Positions 27,711 through 37,895 of a stretch of 64,000 nt of DNA are shown here, piece by piece (the first letter of the stretch is position 1; every line of letters begins with the position of its first letter). The translations under genes were made by a program, and so were the position numbers. Source of the DNA: Proteiniborus sp. (GTDB lineage: Bacteria > Bacillota > Clostridia > Tissierellales > Proteiniboraceae); contig NZ_JAWRHZ010000060.1 in assembly GCF_040308045.1 (NCBI RefSeq), positions 41,197-105,196 of the forward strand. The letters run 5' to 3'. The notes beneath the pieces were generated by a model that saw nothing but the letters and a program-made list of their open reading frames with translations, did not search any database and was not told the origin of the DNA.

Positions 27711-28676
27711 CTATAGATAAACGCTATACAAGAATGCTACATATGCAACATATACAAATAATAAGATAATCCCTTGGACTCTATAAATCTTTTTTCTAAT
27801 AAATGATGGTATGACTAGAATCAATATCAACAGAAGGGCAACGGGAAAATCTAAAAATATATTCTGTCTTATTATGTCAAGTGGAGAGGTCAAAGCCGAT
27901 ATTCCAATTACCATAGTAATATTTAGTATATTAGCTCCTACTATGTTTCCAATAGCTAGGTTAGCATAGCCTTTTTTAAGAGATGTAAGAGCAGTTGCAA
28001 ATTCAGGTAGCGATGTACCCAATGCAATTATTGACAGAGCAATCACTGACTCGGGGACACCGATGCCTTTTGCTATGATTACACCGCTATGTATCAACAA
28101 TTCAGCACCTGCTAGTATTGATATGGCTCCTACAATGAAAAATACTCCAACCCTTAATTTCATTTTGGAATGTAGTTCAAACTTTTCACTAGCATTTTTT
28201 TTACCTATTTTATTTTTAAGAATAAAGAAATCAAAAAAAACATAGATAATTAACATAGCAATAAGTAAAAGTGCATCTGTTTTACAAACTGTGCCATCAA
28301 TTGCTAAATAGGACATTATAATAAAGTAAGAAACTAAAAGTATGGATTTTAGCCTAAAAAAATTGCTTGTTATTTTACTTGGTTTTGTTACATTTATAAA
28401 AGCAAGTACTAGACCAATGTTGCATATAATTGAGCCAATTGCATTTCCCACACTCATGGTAGTATATCCATCTTCAGCTGCAGATATAGAAACAATTGCT
28501 TCAGGTAAAGTTGTAGCTAGACTAACAATAGTGGCTCCAATGAGAACTTCTGGAAGACCTGAGGCTCTAGCTAGTGAAATTGCAGACTCAGTGAACCAGT
28601 CTCCACCCTTAATTATTAATAATAAACCAATAAAAAATAATAAGATGGCATATATCAAACTAAGTCCTCCAATCAA
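27711..28676 (-). CDS. Ca2+/Na+ antiporter (CaCA family, YrbG-like)
   Basis: 321 aa. Two alpha-repeats: GATIVSLATTLPE and ALGTSLPEFATAL. Confidence 0.85.
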   Translation of the reverse strand: MIGGLSLIYAILLFFIGLLLIIKGGDWFTESAISLARASGLPEVLIGATIVSLATTLPEAIVSISAAEDGYTTMSVGNAIGSIICNIGLVLAFINVTKPSKITSNFFRLKSILLVSYFIIMSYLAIDGTVCKTDALLLIAMLIIYVFFDFFILKNKIGKKNASEKFELHSKMKLRVGVFFIVGAISILAGAELLIHSGVIIAKGIGVPESVIALSIIALGTSLPEFATALTSLKKGYANLAIGNIVGANILNITMVIGISALTSPLDIIRQNIFLDFPVALLLILILVIPSFIRKKIYRVQGIILLFVYVAYVAFLYSVYL

Positions 28677-28807
28677 ATAATATTGTATAGTTCATGTGTA
28701 TTATAAAGAAATAAAAATATACATATGAATATTTGTTGGAGGAAAATTAGTTTATATATAGAACTGTAATATTATGAAAACTTAAAATATAGGAAGGAGA
28801 TGCTTAT

Positions 28808-30298
28808 ATGTTACTTGAAGTGAAAACAAAAAAATCTACCGATAGTTTTTCGGAGGTAATTGCACTACCATATTATGAAGGGATTGTAGACTCAGATATT
28901 AGTTTTCCTGTAAAAGAAGTTGAATATATGGTAAAAAACTTATTAAGTGAAGAGGAGTTTTTAGGAAAATATAATGAGATTCAGAGCTTCAGATTAGCGA
29001 GAAAAGATAATCCTAAGAAAGTAGTTTTATTGGGATTAGGAAATAAAGAAGAATTAGATTTAGAAAAACTCAGGAAAGTTTTTGCAAAAGCTATTAAAGA
29101 GGCTATAGAGTTTAAAGCAAAAAACATAGATATCTATCCAATAAGAGATAATAAACAACTCTCATTAAGTGAAATAACAAGGGCAATGACAGAAGGAGTC
29201 ATATTAGGAAGCTATAAATTTGATAAATATATTAAAGACAAGAAAGAGAATCCTATTAACAATATATATCTTGTTGGGGAGAATGCAGATGAAATAGTGG
29301 ATATTAATAAGGGAACAGAAGAAGGTAATATTTTAAGTAAAGCCACTATTCTAGCTAGAGATATGGTAAATGAGCCTGCAAATGTACTAACTCCTGCTAA
29401 ATTAGCTGCTATTGCAGAAAAAACAGGTAAAGAAAATGGTTTTGAGGTTGAAGTCTTAAAGGAAGATAAGATACGAGAACTGGGAATGGAAGCTTTTTTA
29501 GCTGTTGGGAGAGCTTCTGAAAATAGGCCAAGGCTAGTAGTTATGAGATATTTTGGTGACAAGAAGAATAAAAAGAATATTATAGGTCTAGTAGGAAAAG
29601 GCCTTACTTATGATAGCGGTGGTCTTTGCGTTAAACCCAAAAATGGAATGGTAAATATGAAGAGTGATATGGGGGGAGCAGCTTCAGTAATTGGAGCTAT
29701 AGAAGCAATAGCGAAAAGACAGTTAAAAGTAAATATAGTGGCAGTAGTAGCAGCATGTGAAAACTCGATTAATGGTAATGCATATAGAACAGGAGATATT
29801 ATTGGTTCTATGGCAGGAAAGACTATATTTATTGGAAGTACAGATGCAGAAGGTAGATTGACTTTGGCAGATGCTATTCACTATATAATCGAAAAAGAAA
29901 ATGCAACAAAGGTACTAGATATAGCTACATTGACTGGAGGAGCCGTAGTTACATTAGGCTCATCAGCTACAGTAGTAGTATCTAATGATGACGAATTTTA
30001 TAAGGCTTTAGAAGAGGCTTCAAAGGTAACAGGAGAAAAGGTATGGAGGATGCCTCATTTTGAAGAATACAAAGAGTTACTTAAATCAAATGTTGCAGAT
30101 TTGACAAACTCTGCAGGAAATCCTCAAGCCATAACAGCAGCTCTATTTGTTGGAGAATTTGTACAAGATAAACCTTGGATACACATGGATATAGCAGGCA
30201 CAGCTTTTACAAGTAAAAGCAGCGAATATATTGCTGAAGGCGGGACAGGAGTAGGAGTAAGGACTATTTATCAAATGGTAAAAGAAATATCTAAATAA
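28808..30298 (+). CDS. pepA: Leucyl aminopeptidase (M17)
   Basis: 496 aa. VGKGLTYDSGG, MKSDMGGAA and GSTDAEGRLTLADA motifs. Confidence 0.9.
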   Translation: MLLEVKTKKSTDSFSEVIALPYYEGIVDSDISFPVKEVEYMVKNLLSEEEFLGKYNEIQSFRLARKDNPKKVVLLGLGNKEELDLEKLRKVFAKAIKEAIEFKAKNIDIYPIRDNKQLSLSEITRAMTEGVILGSYKFDKYIKDKKENPINNIYLVGENADEIVDINKGTEEGNILSKATILARDMVNEPANVLTPAKLAAIAEKTGKENGFEVEVLKEDKIRELGMEAFLAVGRASENRPRLVVMRYFGDKKNKKNIIGLVGKGLTYDSGGLCVKPKNGMVNMKSDMGGAASVIGAIEAIAKRQLKVNIVAVVAACENSINGNAYRTGDIIGSMAGKTIFIGSTDAEGRLTLADAIHYIIEKENATKVLDIATLTGGAVVTLGSSATVVVSNDDEFYKALEEASKVTGEKVWRMPHFEEYKELLKSNVADLTNSAGNPQAITAALFVGEFVQDKPWIHMDIAGTAFTSKSSEYIAEGGTGVGVRTIYQMVKEISK

Positions 30299-30303
30299 AG
30301 GAG

Positions 30304-30335
30304 AGCCAAGGAGACAGGAACCTTGGCTTTTTTTA
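30304..30335 (+). terminator. Intrinsic terminator of pepA
   Basis: AGCCAAGG-AGACAGGAA-CCTTGGCT followed by T7. Confidence 0.85.
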
Positions 30336-30337
30336 GC

Positions 30338-30381
30338 ACCTTTATTTCGAGATTTAAGAAAATAAATCTTGAAATAAAGGT
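30338..30381. repeat. Long interrupted palindrome (18 bp paired)
   Basis: ACCTTTATTTC-G-AGATTTA-AGAAAA-TAAATCT-T-GAAATAAAGGT with no T-run. Followed by the perfect 16-nt palindrome AATATTAATTAATATT at 30401-30416 and a further AATATTAAT copy. Confidence 0.5.
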
Positions 30382-30450
30382 ACTATATTTATATATATTT
30401 AATATTAATTAATATTTTTAATTAAATTATTAAAAATATTAATATCAATA

Positions 30451-30479
30451 TTGACATTTTTAATTTAGAATAATATAAT
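30451..30479 (+). promoter_or_regulatory. Consensus sigma-A-type promoter for the ABC exporter pair
   Basis: TTGACA (30451-30456), a 17-nt spacer, then TATAAT (30474-30479). Confidence 0.7.
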
Positions 30480-30504
30480 CTTAATTAGAAAATATTGTAT
30501 AGAG

Positions 30505-32277
30505 GTGATAATATTGGAGAATAAGACTGATATGGGGATATTCAAGAGGTTACTTAGGATCTTTCCTCAAAAATCCTACTTTGTTATAGGATTAGTATGT
30601 TCAGTTTTTATGGCAGCAACAAATATAATAACATCCTATGTTATAAAAGAATTTCTTGACGCAGCTACTAACAGGGATATGGCTCTTTTCAAACAAACTA
30701 TTTACTTTGGTGTTGCTATTTTTATAATTGATACGTTATTAGTTTATTCTAGGAATAGGTTACATGGGATATATACTGAATCTGGGATAACTAGACTAAG
30801 AAAGCTAATAGCTGAGAAGGTAGTACGTATTCCTATTAGCCAGCTGGAAGAGAACCATTCAGGGGACTATGTTTCAAGGGCAACTAATGATATTGACAAA
30901 ATAAAGACATTTTTATCTACTACAGTATCAGAGATGATTTTAATTCCTCTTTCTGCAATTGGAGCTTTAATATATTTGTGCATTTTAAGTTGGAAGCTCA
31001 CTGTAATAAGCTTAATATTAACTCCTATATTGATTTTAGGTGCAAGTGTCTTGAGTGCACCTATAGGAAAGATAAGCAAGGAGCTTCAAGAAAAGCTTGG
31101 GAAAGTAAATTCTATTGTTCAAGACGTCATTGGAGGAATAGAGATTTGCAAAGCATATAATCTTGAGGAAAGCCTAGGGAAAAAACATGATGAGGCTGTC
31201 AATGATAGTGTGAAAAGCGGGAAACGCCTAGCAAAAGTAATGGCAGTATTAGAGAGCTTTTCCTTAGTACTAGGAATAATACCTTTTTTCACAACATTTA
31301 TTATAGGTGGATATTGGGCTATCGAAGGCACTATGACTGTGGGAAGTTTACTAGCATTTATAAATTTACTAAACTATTTGACTCACCCAATAAGCTATTT
31401 TCCTAGGTTATTAGGACAGTCGAAGAGTAGCCTAGCAGCTGCTGGCAGGGTTTTTGAAATAATAGATGCAGAGGAAGAAAGAATAGATGGGCTTAATTTT
31501 GAAGTAAATGGGACAATAAATGCTATTAGCTTTAATAATGTGGAATTCTCTTATCCAAATAGCGAAGAAAATGTATTAAATGGACTTAATTTTACTATTA
31601 AAAAAGGAGAATCAGTTGCATTAGTTGGACCTAGTGGTGGAGGAAAGAGTACAGTTATTAATCTATTGCTCGGTTATTATGATAAGTACAGTGGCGAAAT
31701 AAATGTAGGAGATAAGGAGCTTAAAGAATGGAATCTAAATAGCCTTAGGAACAGCTCTGCATTAGTATCTCAAGATACATATCTATTTCCTGAAACCATA
31801 AGGGAGAACATCAATTATGGAAAGCTAAATGCTAAGGATGAAGAAATCACTAATGCAGCTAAAAGCGCTAATGCAGATAGTTTTATAAACGAATTTGATA
31901 AGGGATATGAAACAGTAGTAGGTCAACTGGGGAATACCCTTTCAGGAGGACAAAAGCAAAGATTATCTATAGCTAGGGCGATATTAAAGGATGCACCTAT
32001 ACTTCTTTTAGACGAGGCAACCTCTGCCCTAGATACAGAATCTGAAGCCTTAGTTCAAGAAGCTTTAGATGAATTTATTAGAAAAAAAACTAGTTTAATT
32101 ATAGCCCATAGACTATCGACTATTAGAAATGTAGACAGGATTTTGGTTTTAAAAGATGGGAAAATAGTTGAAGAAGGAAGTCATGATGAATTAATTAAGC
32201 TAAATGGAGTTTATACTGACCTTTATAACAAGCAGCTTAAAAATCAGGAATTTACCTTAAGAAAAGAGGTGGTTTAA
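30505..32277 (+). CDS. ABC exporter, fused permease/ATPase (type I, heterodimer subunit A)
   Basis: 590 aa with a 6-TM domain. GPSGGGKST, LSGGQKQRLSIARA, LLLDEATSALD. Confidence 0.85.
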   Translation: MIILENKTDMGIFKRLLRIFPQKSYFVIGLVCSVFMAATNIITSYVIKEFLDAATNRDMALFKQTIYFGVAIFIIDTLLVYSRNRLHGIYTESGITRLRKLIAEKVVRIPISQLEENHSGDYVSRATNDIDKIKTFLSTTVSEMILIPLSAIGALIYLCILSWKLTVISLILTPILILGASVLSAPIGKISKELQEKLGKVNSIVQDVIGGIEICKAYNLEESLGKKHDEAVNDSVKSGKRLAKVMAVLESFSLVLGIIPFFTTFIIGGYWAIEGTMTVGSLLAFINLLNYLTHPISYFPRLLGQSKSSLAAAGRVFEIIDAEEERIDGLNFEVNGTINAISFNNVEFSYPNSEENVLNGLNFTIKKGESVALVGPSGGGKSTVINLLLGYYDKYSGEINVGDKELKEWNLNSLRNSSALVSQDTYLFPETIRENINYGKLNAKDEEITNAAKSANADSFINEFDKGYETVVGQLGNTLSGGQKQRLSIARAILKDAPILLLDEATSALDTESEALVQEALDEFIRKKTSLIIAHRLSTIRNVDRILVLKDGKIVEEGSHDELIKLNGVYTDLYNKQLKNQEFTLRKEVV

Positions 32278-34026
32278 TTGAAAAAGAATAGCAGCTTTCT
32301 AAGAATCTTTAAGTTTATGGGAAAATCATTTATTCCATATTCATTTGGGTTATTAGTGATTTCAATATTTGGACTTTTAATGCAGGTATTTCTTTCACTG
32401 ATATTCAAGGATATGTTTGATGCCATAACAGCAAAAGAATGGGTAACGATGATAAATGCAATAAAAAAATACGGAATATATGTCATAATCATATTTGCAA
32501 CTTACCCCATATTTACTTACATGGCTCAATGTTCTGCTGCGGTGACTACTGGTAATATTAGAAAGAATGTATTTTCTAAAGTAAATGTTCTTCCACTTAC
32601 CTTTATAAAAGGGAGACATAGTGGTGAGTTAGTCTCTAGACTTACTAATGATATTAACGAGGTTGAAAAGGCATACTCAAATTACTTTATTGATTTTTCA
32701 TCTAGAATATTAATGGGAATAGGCACTTTAATATTTACATTTATTTTAGATTGGCGTTTAGGAGGTATATCCATTGCAACAGGAGGACTAAGCCTTTTTG
32801 TAAATATCTACTATGCAAAAGTATTGAAAAACATGAGTCTTAAGATACAGGAAAATTTATCTAAGCTAAATGAAAGATTGACAGATTTATTAGAAGGAAT
32901 GCACATTATTAGAAGTTTTAATATCAGCAATGTGATATTAGGTAAATATAATAAAAATAATACAAAAGTTTTTGAGGTTTCACGTGATAGGGTAAATCAA
33001 AAAGCCATAGTTTCAGCTATGAATAATATTATTGGAATAATTAGCTTTGGAGGGATTGTAGGTGTAGGCTCGTACCTGGCAATTAAAGGCGAGATATCAG
33101 TAGGAGTAATTATTGCAGTTGTTCAGCTTCAAAATGGAGTAAGTTCACTGGCTAGAGGGCTTGGAGATTTTATATCTGAGCTTCAGGGCTCACTTGCTTC
33201 TGCAGATAGATTGTTTGAAATATTAGATGAGGAAGAAGAGCCTGAAAGCTTCCAGGTAATTGGGGACTGTGGGATAGAAGAAAATAGTGAAATTAGCTTT
33301 AATAATGTCAGCTTTGAATATGATGATGAAAAGGTTTTATCAGAGCTTACATTTAGTGTGCCTAAAGGCAAGGTTTATGCACTAGCTGGTCCTAGTGGCG
33401 GAGGTAAAAGTACTATTTTCAAGCTGTTACTAAATCTTTATCCACCTAAGGAAGGCAATATTGGCATAAGTGGAAATTCAATTGCTAACCAGCCAATTAG
33501 AAACATAAGAAAAAATATTGCATATGTCCCACAGGATGCATACCTGTTCTCAGGAACTATTATGGATAATATAAAACATGGAAGGGAAGATGCTACTTAT
33601 GAAGAGGTGGTAAATGCAGCTAAAATGGCTAATGCTCATGACTTTATAATGAATATGGAAGATAAATACGACACATTTGTAGGGGAAAAGGGCACCAAGC
33701 TTTCGGGAGGACAAAGGCAGAGAATAGCTATTGCAAGAGCAATACTAAAGGATGCTCCATTACTTTTACTAGACGAAGCAACTTCTTCTCTAGATACAGA
33801 ATCAGAAAAGCTAGTTCAAGAAGCGTTAAATAAATTAATGTCAGGTAGAACAACTTTAGTTATAGCACACAGATTATCTACTATTGAAGATGCAGATGAA
33901 ATATTAATTTTAAAGGATGGGAAAATAGCTGAGAGAGGAACACATAGTGAACTGCTAGAGTTAGGTGGTATATATGAAGGTTTATATACTCAGCAGTTTG
34001 GTAACGGAATAAAAGAGGCAATATAA
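32278..34026 (+). CDS. ABC exporter, fused permease/ATPase (heterodimer subunit B)
   Basis: 582 aa. GPSGGGKST, LSGGQRQRIAIARA, LLLDEATSSLD. Starts immediately after the upstream stop. Confidence 0.85.
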   Translation: MKKNSSFLRIFKFMGKSFIPYSFGLLVISIFGLLMQVFLSLIFKDMFDAITAKEWVTMINAIKKYGIYVIIIFATYPIFTYMAQCSAAVTTGNIRKNVFSKVNVLPLTFIKGRHSGELVSRLTNDINEVEKAYSNYFIDFSSRILMGIGTLIFTFILDWRLGGISIATGGLSLFVNIYYAKVLKNMSLKIQENLSKLNERLTDLLEGMHIIRSFNISNVILGKYNKNNTKVFEVSRDRVNQKAIVSAMNNIIGIISFGGIVGVGSYLAIKGEISVGVIIAVVQLQNGVSSLARGLGDFISELQGSLASADRLFEILDEEEEPESFQVIGDCGIEENSEISFNNVSFEYDDEKVLSELTFSVPKGKVYALAGPSGGGKSTIFKLLLNLYPPKEGNIGISGNSIANQPIRNIRKNIAYVPQDAYLFSGTIMDNIKHGREDATYEEVVNAAKMANAHDFIMNMEDKYDTFVGEKGTKLSGGQRQRIAIARAILKDAPLLLLDEATSSLDTESEKLVQEALNKLMSGRTTLVIAHRLSTIEDADEILILKDGKIAERGTHSELLELGGIYEGLYTQQFGNGIKEAI

Positions 34027-34108
34027 TGGGCTAATAAAATAACTTCATATTTCCTTCACATTTTCTTCTTATAATTAAGTTACCAAACATATAAGGAGGT
34101 ATTTAGTT

Positions 34109-34468
34109 ATGAAAAAGAAAATATTAGTTTTATCAGTAGTAGCTGTTTTGGTACTTTCATTTGGAGCAATGGCATTTGCGGAAACTGCAACTGACATTCC
34201 AAGCTGGTTCAAAGATATGATTAGCTGGAAAAAAGAAAAAGTTAATGAAGCAGTTAAATCAGGACAAATCACAGAAGAGCAAGCTAAGCTATTTAATGAG
34301 AGAATTGAGTACATGGAAAAATATCACGAAGAAAATGGCTTTAATTTCCCAGGAGATTGCCTAAATGATAATACTAGAGGAATGGGAAGAGGCTTTGGAA
34401 GAGGAATGATGAACGGCCAAGGTCAAAGACAGGGCATGATGAATGGATTTGGATGGAATAACAGATAA
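34109..34468 (+). CDS. Small secreted protein, DUF2680/YckD-like, with a Gly/Met/Arg/Asn-rich tail
   Basis: Signal peptide ending AFAE. GQITEEQAKLFNERIEYMEKYHEENGF resembles DUF2680 (recalled). Tail: RGMGRGFGRGMMNGQGQRQGMMNGFGWNNR. Confidence 0.55.
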   Translation: MKKKILVLSVVAVLVLSFGAMAFAETATDIPSWFKDMISWKKEKVNEAVKSGQITEEQAKLFNERIEYMEKYHEENGFNFPGDCLNDNTRGMGRGFGRGMMNGQGQRQGMMNGFGWNNR

Positions 34469-34480
34469 TTAGGTAAGCAA

Positions 34481-34504
34481 GGGGATAGATCAGAATCTAT
34501 CCCC
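34481..34504. terminator. Hairpin shared by convergent genes
   Basis: GGGGATAGAT-CAGA-ATCTATCCCC perfect 10-bp stem between the 34109-34468 (+) and 34505-35419 (-) genes. Confidence 0.75.
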
Positions 34505-35419
34505 TTAGTTCTTTTGAGTGTCATTAGGTGAAATTACTAAATTCCCTATTTCTGCATTTTTCCAAGCCTCAAATATAATTTCATTAAATTTATTCACATT
34601 CTTTATAACATAAGGAATATTGATTTTATAACTATTGGATGAATAAATATCTATCTTAAGAAATCCAGTTTTTAAATCATCTACAGTAGACACAACATTT
34701 TCAAAGTTTTCATCAAAAAGCTCAGGAATGCTAATATACACGGCAGCTACAATGTCCCAGTTGTAGAATCCTTTTGAGTTGTATAAGTCAATGAAATATT
34801 TGTACCATTCGTAGGATTTATTTTTTATATATCTATAAGCTTCTATAGTATCATCATTCATTAAACGCTCAAATTCTTTTTTTCCAAAAAAAGCCTGCAG
34901 GCATATATGTCCAGTTAATATAGTAACCTTGGCACCAGAGCTTAATACAGTATATGCAGCTAAAGCATCTGAAGAAAAATTCAGTTCATTCATGACCTTT
35001 CCTTCTATTATTAAGGGTTTAGTTATCCCACCCATTAGTACGATTTCCTTTACCTTTGTAAAGAAGTTGTTATCAAGTTGATAAGCTCCAAATAGATTAG
35101 TCAAAGAACCGGTAGCTAGAACCGTAATCTCTGAAGGAGCATTATTAACCATGTCTACTAGAAATTGTGATGCATTACTTTGTCTGTCATCTATAGATGC
35201 AGCTCCTTTAATTAGCGGTATATGGTTTATATTTAGTTCATCAAACATCTTTACAGTATTATTGTGAACATCCTCAATTGTACTGTTTCCAAAGGTTGTC
35301 GTAACTCCTATTAGCTCAATGTCACTTCTGCCAAGAAGGTACAAAAGAGCCAGACCATCATCCACATCTTTTCCATACAGTCCCATTGTGTTGTCACAAT
35401 CAAATATAACTTTTTTCAT
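34505..35419 (-). CDS. Nucleoside hydrolase (IUNH family)
   Basis: 304 aa. N-terminal FDCDNTMG...DVDDGLAL aspartate cluster. Confidence 0.85.
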   Translation of the reverse strand: MKKVIFDCDNTMGLYGKDVDDGLALLYLLGRSDIELIGVTTTFGNSTIEDVHNNTVKMFDELNINHIPLIKGAASIDDRQSNASQFLVDMVNNAPSEITVLATGSLTNLFGAYQLDNNFFTKVKEIVLMGGITKPLIIEGKVMNELNFSSDALAAYTVLSSGAKVTILTGHICLQAFFGKKEFERLMNDDTIEAYRYIKNKSYEWYKYFIDLYNSKGFYNWDIVAAVYISIPELFDENFENVVSTVDDLKTGFLKIDIYSSNSYKINIPYVIKNVNKFNEIIFEAWKNAEIGNLVISPNDTQKN

Positions 35420-35712
35420 ACAAACTCCTCGTTTCTTATATTTTCATAATTTATTATATAGCACCACACCTATCATTTCTAGGAAGTACCTGTAAGTGTC
35501 ATAGAAAATATCTATAATCAGACGCTGTATCATCAATAAATACTATAACAGAGAAAATGCGATAATTTAGCATGTTTGATAGATGTGCAAAACTTATCAC
35601 AACAAAAAGCAATTGAAATTTGCTACAATAGGATTGATATAATACCTTAGTTCAGATATATTTTTTTAGGAGCATTATATAAGCTAGTCTAAGTGATATT
35701 ATATCAATTAAT

Positions 35713-35778
35713 TTTTTTATAACGAATAGAAAAGTTCTACTTTAATGACCTATATAGAAGAACTTTCTATGAGTAAGG
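35713..35778 (+). repeat. Partial copy (part 1) of the intergenic repeat element
   Basis: About 79% ungapped identity with 25186-25251 (shared TTTTTTATAA.GAA...CTTTA..., AAGAACTTTCTATGA). Ends 11 nt before the start codon of the ABC binding-protein gene and explains the spurious N-terminal extension in the track ORF. Confidence 0.5.
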
Positions 35779-35789
35779 GGGAAGTACTA

Positions 35790-37025
35790 ATGAAAAAACT
35801 TATATTAATTCTACTGACATTATCTTTATTACTTGTAGTAACTGCCTGTAGCAAGGATGATACTAAAGAGTATAATTTATCAGAAAAGAACTGGGACACA
35901 ATTTTAGAAGAAGCCAGAGGGACTACTGTGAACTTCTATGGATATGGTGGAGATCAAAAGACTAATAGTTGGATTGATGGATATTTAGCAAATAAATTAA
36001 AAGAAGAATACGATATAACCATAAATAGGGTAGGAATAAATATAGATGAAATACTAAATAGCCTACTTAATGAGAAGCAGCTAAATGTACAGAATGGAAA
36101 AATAGATGTAGTTTGGATAAATGGGGAAAATTTCTTTACTGCAAAGGAAAATAACCTACTATTTGGACCATTTACTGACAAGCTTCCAAACTTCAATAAA
36201 TATGTAGATAAGAATTCAGTTGAGGTAAAGTATGACTTTGGCTATCCGGTAGAAGGCTTAGAAGCACCCTTCGGGAAAGCTCAATTTGTAATGATATATG
36301 ATAGCGCTAAGGTAGATAATGTCCCTAGCAACCACCAAGAGCTACTACAATTTGCTAAGAACAATCCAGGTAAATTTACTTATCCTGCACCTCCAGATTT
36401 CACAGGTAGTGCTTTCGTGAGAAATATAATTTATGATATAGTAGGTCATGAACAATTTATGGATATGGAAGCAGATGAAGAAATAGTAAGAGAAGCAATT
36501 CGGCCAGCTATAGATTATCTTATTGAGTTAAAGCCGTATCTATGGAAGGAAGGAAATACTTATCCAGCAGAAAGTGGATTATTAAATAATATGTATTCAG
36601 ATAATGAGGTCATAATGACCATGTCATATAATCCGAATTCAGCATCAGGAAAAATTGAAACTGGAGAGTTTCCTAATACATCAAAGACATTTATCTTTGA
36701 AAAAGGTACCATAGGAAATACCCACTTTTTAGCGATACCATATAATGCTTCAAATAAATCAGGTGCTTTAGCAGTTATAGACTATATATTAAGTGTTGAC
36801 GCTCAGGCTTCTAAGTATGTGCCTAAAACATGGGGAGACCTTCCAGTACTAGATAATAACAAGCTAAATGATGAAGAAAAAGAAGTATTTAATAGCATAG
36901 AACTTGGAGAGGCAACTCTTCCACAGGATGTGCTTTTAAATCATAGGGTGCCAGAAATGCCAGCAGATTTAGTACCAATAATAGAAAAAATATGGATGGA
37001 AACTGTTCCTGAAAAGGATGAATAA
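35790..37025 (+). CDS. ABC importer substrate-binding lipoprotein, YnjB-like
   Basis: ATG 35790 follows AAGGGGGAAG; the track start is 35745. Signal and lipobox LLLVVTAC. About 411 aa binding protein; the YnjB likeness is recalled, not tested. Confidence 0.75.
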   Translation: MKKLILILLTLSLLLVVTACSKDDTKEYNLSEKNWDTILEEARGTTVNFYGYGGDQKTNSWIDGYLANKLKEEYDITINRVGINIDEILNSLLNEKQLNVQNGKIDVVWINGENFFTAKENNLLFGPFTDKLPNFNKYVDKNSVEVKYDFGYPVEGLEAPFGKAQFVMIYDSAKVDNVPSNHQELLQFAKNNPGKFTYPAPPDFTGSAFVRNIIYDIVGHEQFMDMEADEEIVREAIRPAIDYLIELKPYLWKEGNTYPAESGLLNNMYSDNEVIMTMSYNPNSASGKIETGEFPNTSKTFIFEKGTIGNTHFLAIPYNASNKSGALAVIDYILSVDAQASKYVPKTWGDLPVLDNNKLNDEEKEVFNSIELGEATLPQDVLLNHRVPEMPADLVPIIEKIWMETVPEKDE

Positions 37026-37027
37026 GA

Positions 37028-37891
37028 TTGGAAAAGAAGTTAAAACCATTTATTATGCTCATACCTGTTATGATAGTCGTATTAGGAATATTCTTATCAG
37101 GACTTGTTATGGCATTTATGCAAAGCTTAGGATACTTTAGAGCAATAGGCTTAACTGAATTTACACTTAAATATTATAAAGAAGTGCTGACTAGCCAAGG
37201 ATTTCTATCTTCTCTTGGCTTTAGCCTTTATATATCTATGGTATCTTCAATTATTGCAGTGTTTTTAGGTGTACTCTTGGCTTACTCTATTCTCAGAAGT
37301 AAACACAGAAAAGGCATAGAAGAGATGATTTACAAGCTTCCTATAGTTGTACCACATATTGTTGCAGCCTTACTAGTGTATAATATTTTATCTCAAAGTG
37401 GAATATTGCCAAGGCTTCTATACAGCATCGGAATCATAGAGGAGCAGTCTCAATTTCCTTCTTTACTATATGATAAAAATGGTATCGGAATAATAGCAGC
37501 ATATCTTTGGAAGGAGATACCTTTCGTAGCTATGGTTGTATATACAATACTAAGCAACATCAATAACAAACTGTCAGCTGTGGCTCATAATCTTGGAGCA
37601 AACAATAGGCAAGTATTTTTTCATGTATTGCTTCCATTAATTATGCCATCAATACTTTCTTCTTTTATAATAATATTTGCATTTTCATTTGGGGCATATG
37701 AGCTTCCTTTTCTATTGGGACCGACTACCCCAAAGGCTTTACCTGTTAAAGCATATATAGAATATACAAATCCAAGCTTAGCTAATAGACCTTATGCAAT
37801 GGTTATAAATATGATATTGACCTTTGTATCCTTAATTTTAGTTTGGTTATACAATAAATCCTTTGAGTTGATTTCTAAATATAATAGGTGA
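37028..37891 (+). CDS. ABC importer permease (first of two, YnjC-like halves)
   Basis: 287 aa, 6 TM, MalFG-type EAA-like loop. 2-nt gap after the binding-protein gene. Confidence 0.85.
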   Translation: MEKKLKPFIMLIPVMIVVLGIFLSGLVMAFMQSLGYFRAIGLTEFTLKYYKEVLTSQGFLSSLGFSLYISMVSSIIAVFLGVLLAYSILRSKHRKGIEEMIYKLPIVVPHIVAALLVYNILSQSGILPRLLYSIGIIEEQSQFPSLLYDKNGIGIIAAYLWKEIPFVAMVVYTILSNINNKLSAVAHNLGANNRQVFFHVLLPLIMPSILSSFIIIFAFSFGAYELPFLLGPTTPKALPVKAYIEYTNPSLANRPYAMVINMILTFVSLILVWLYNKSFELISKYNR

Positions 37892-37895
37892 TTTC

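Noticed and set aside
28063-28680. + strand ORFs 28063-28245 and 28342-28680
   Set aside because: They are antisense to the CaCA antiporter gene, which has both alpha-repeat signatures.
35745-35789. N-terminal extension MTYIEELSMSKGEVL of the binding protein
   Set aside because: This stretch belongs to the dispersed repeat element. ATG 35790 has the SD and starts a standard lipoprotein signal peptide.
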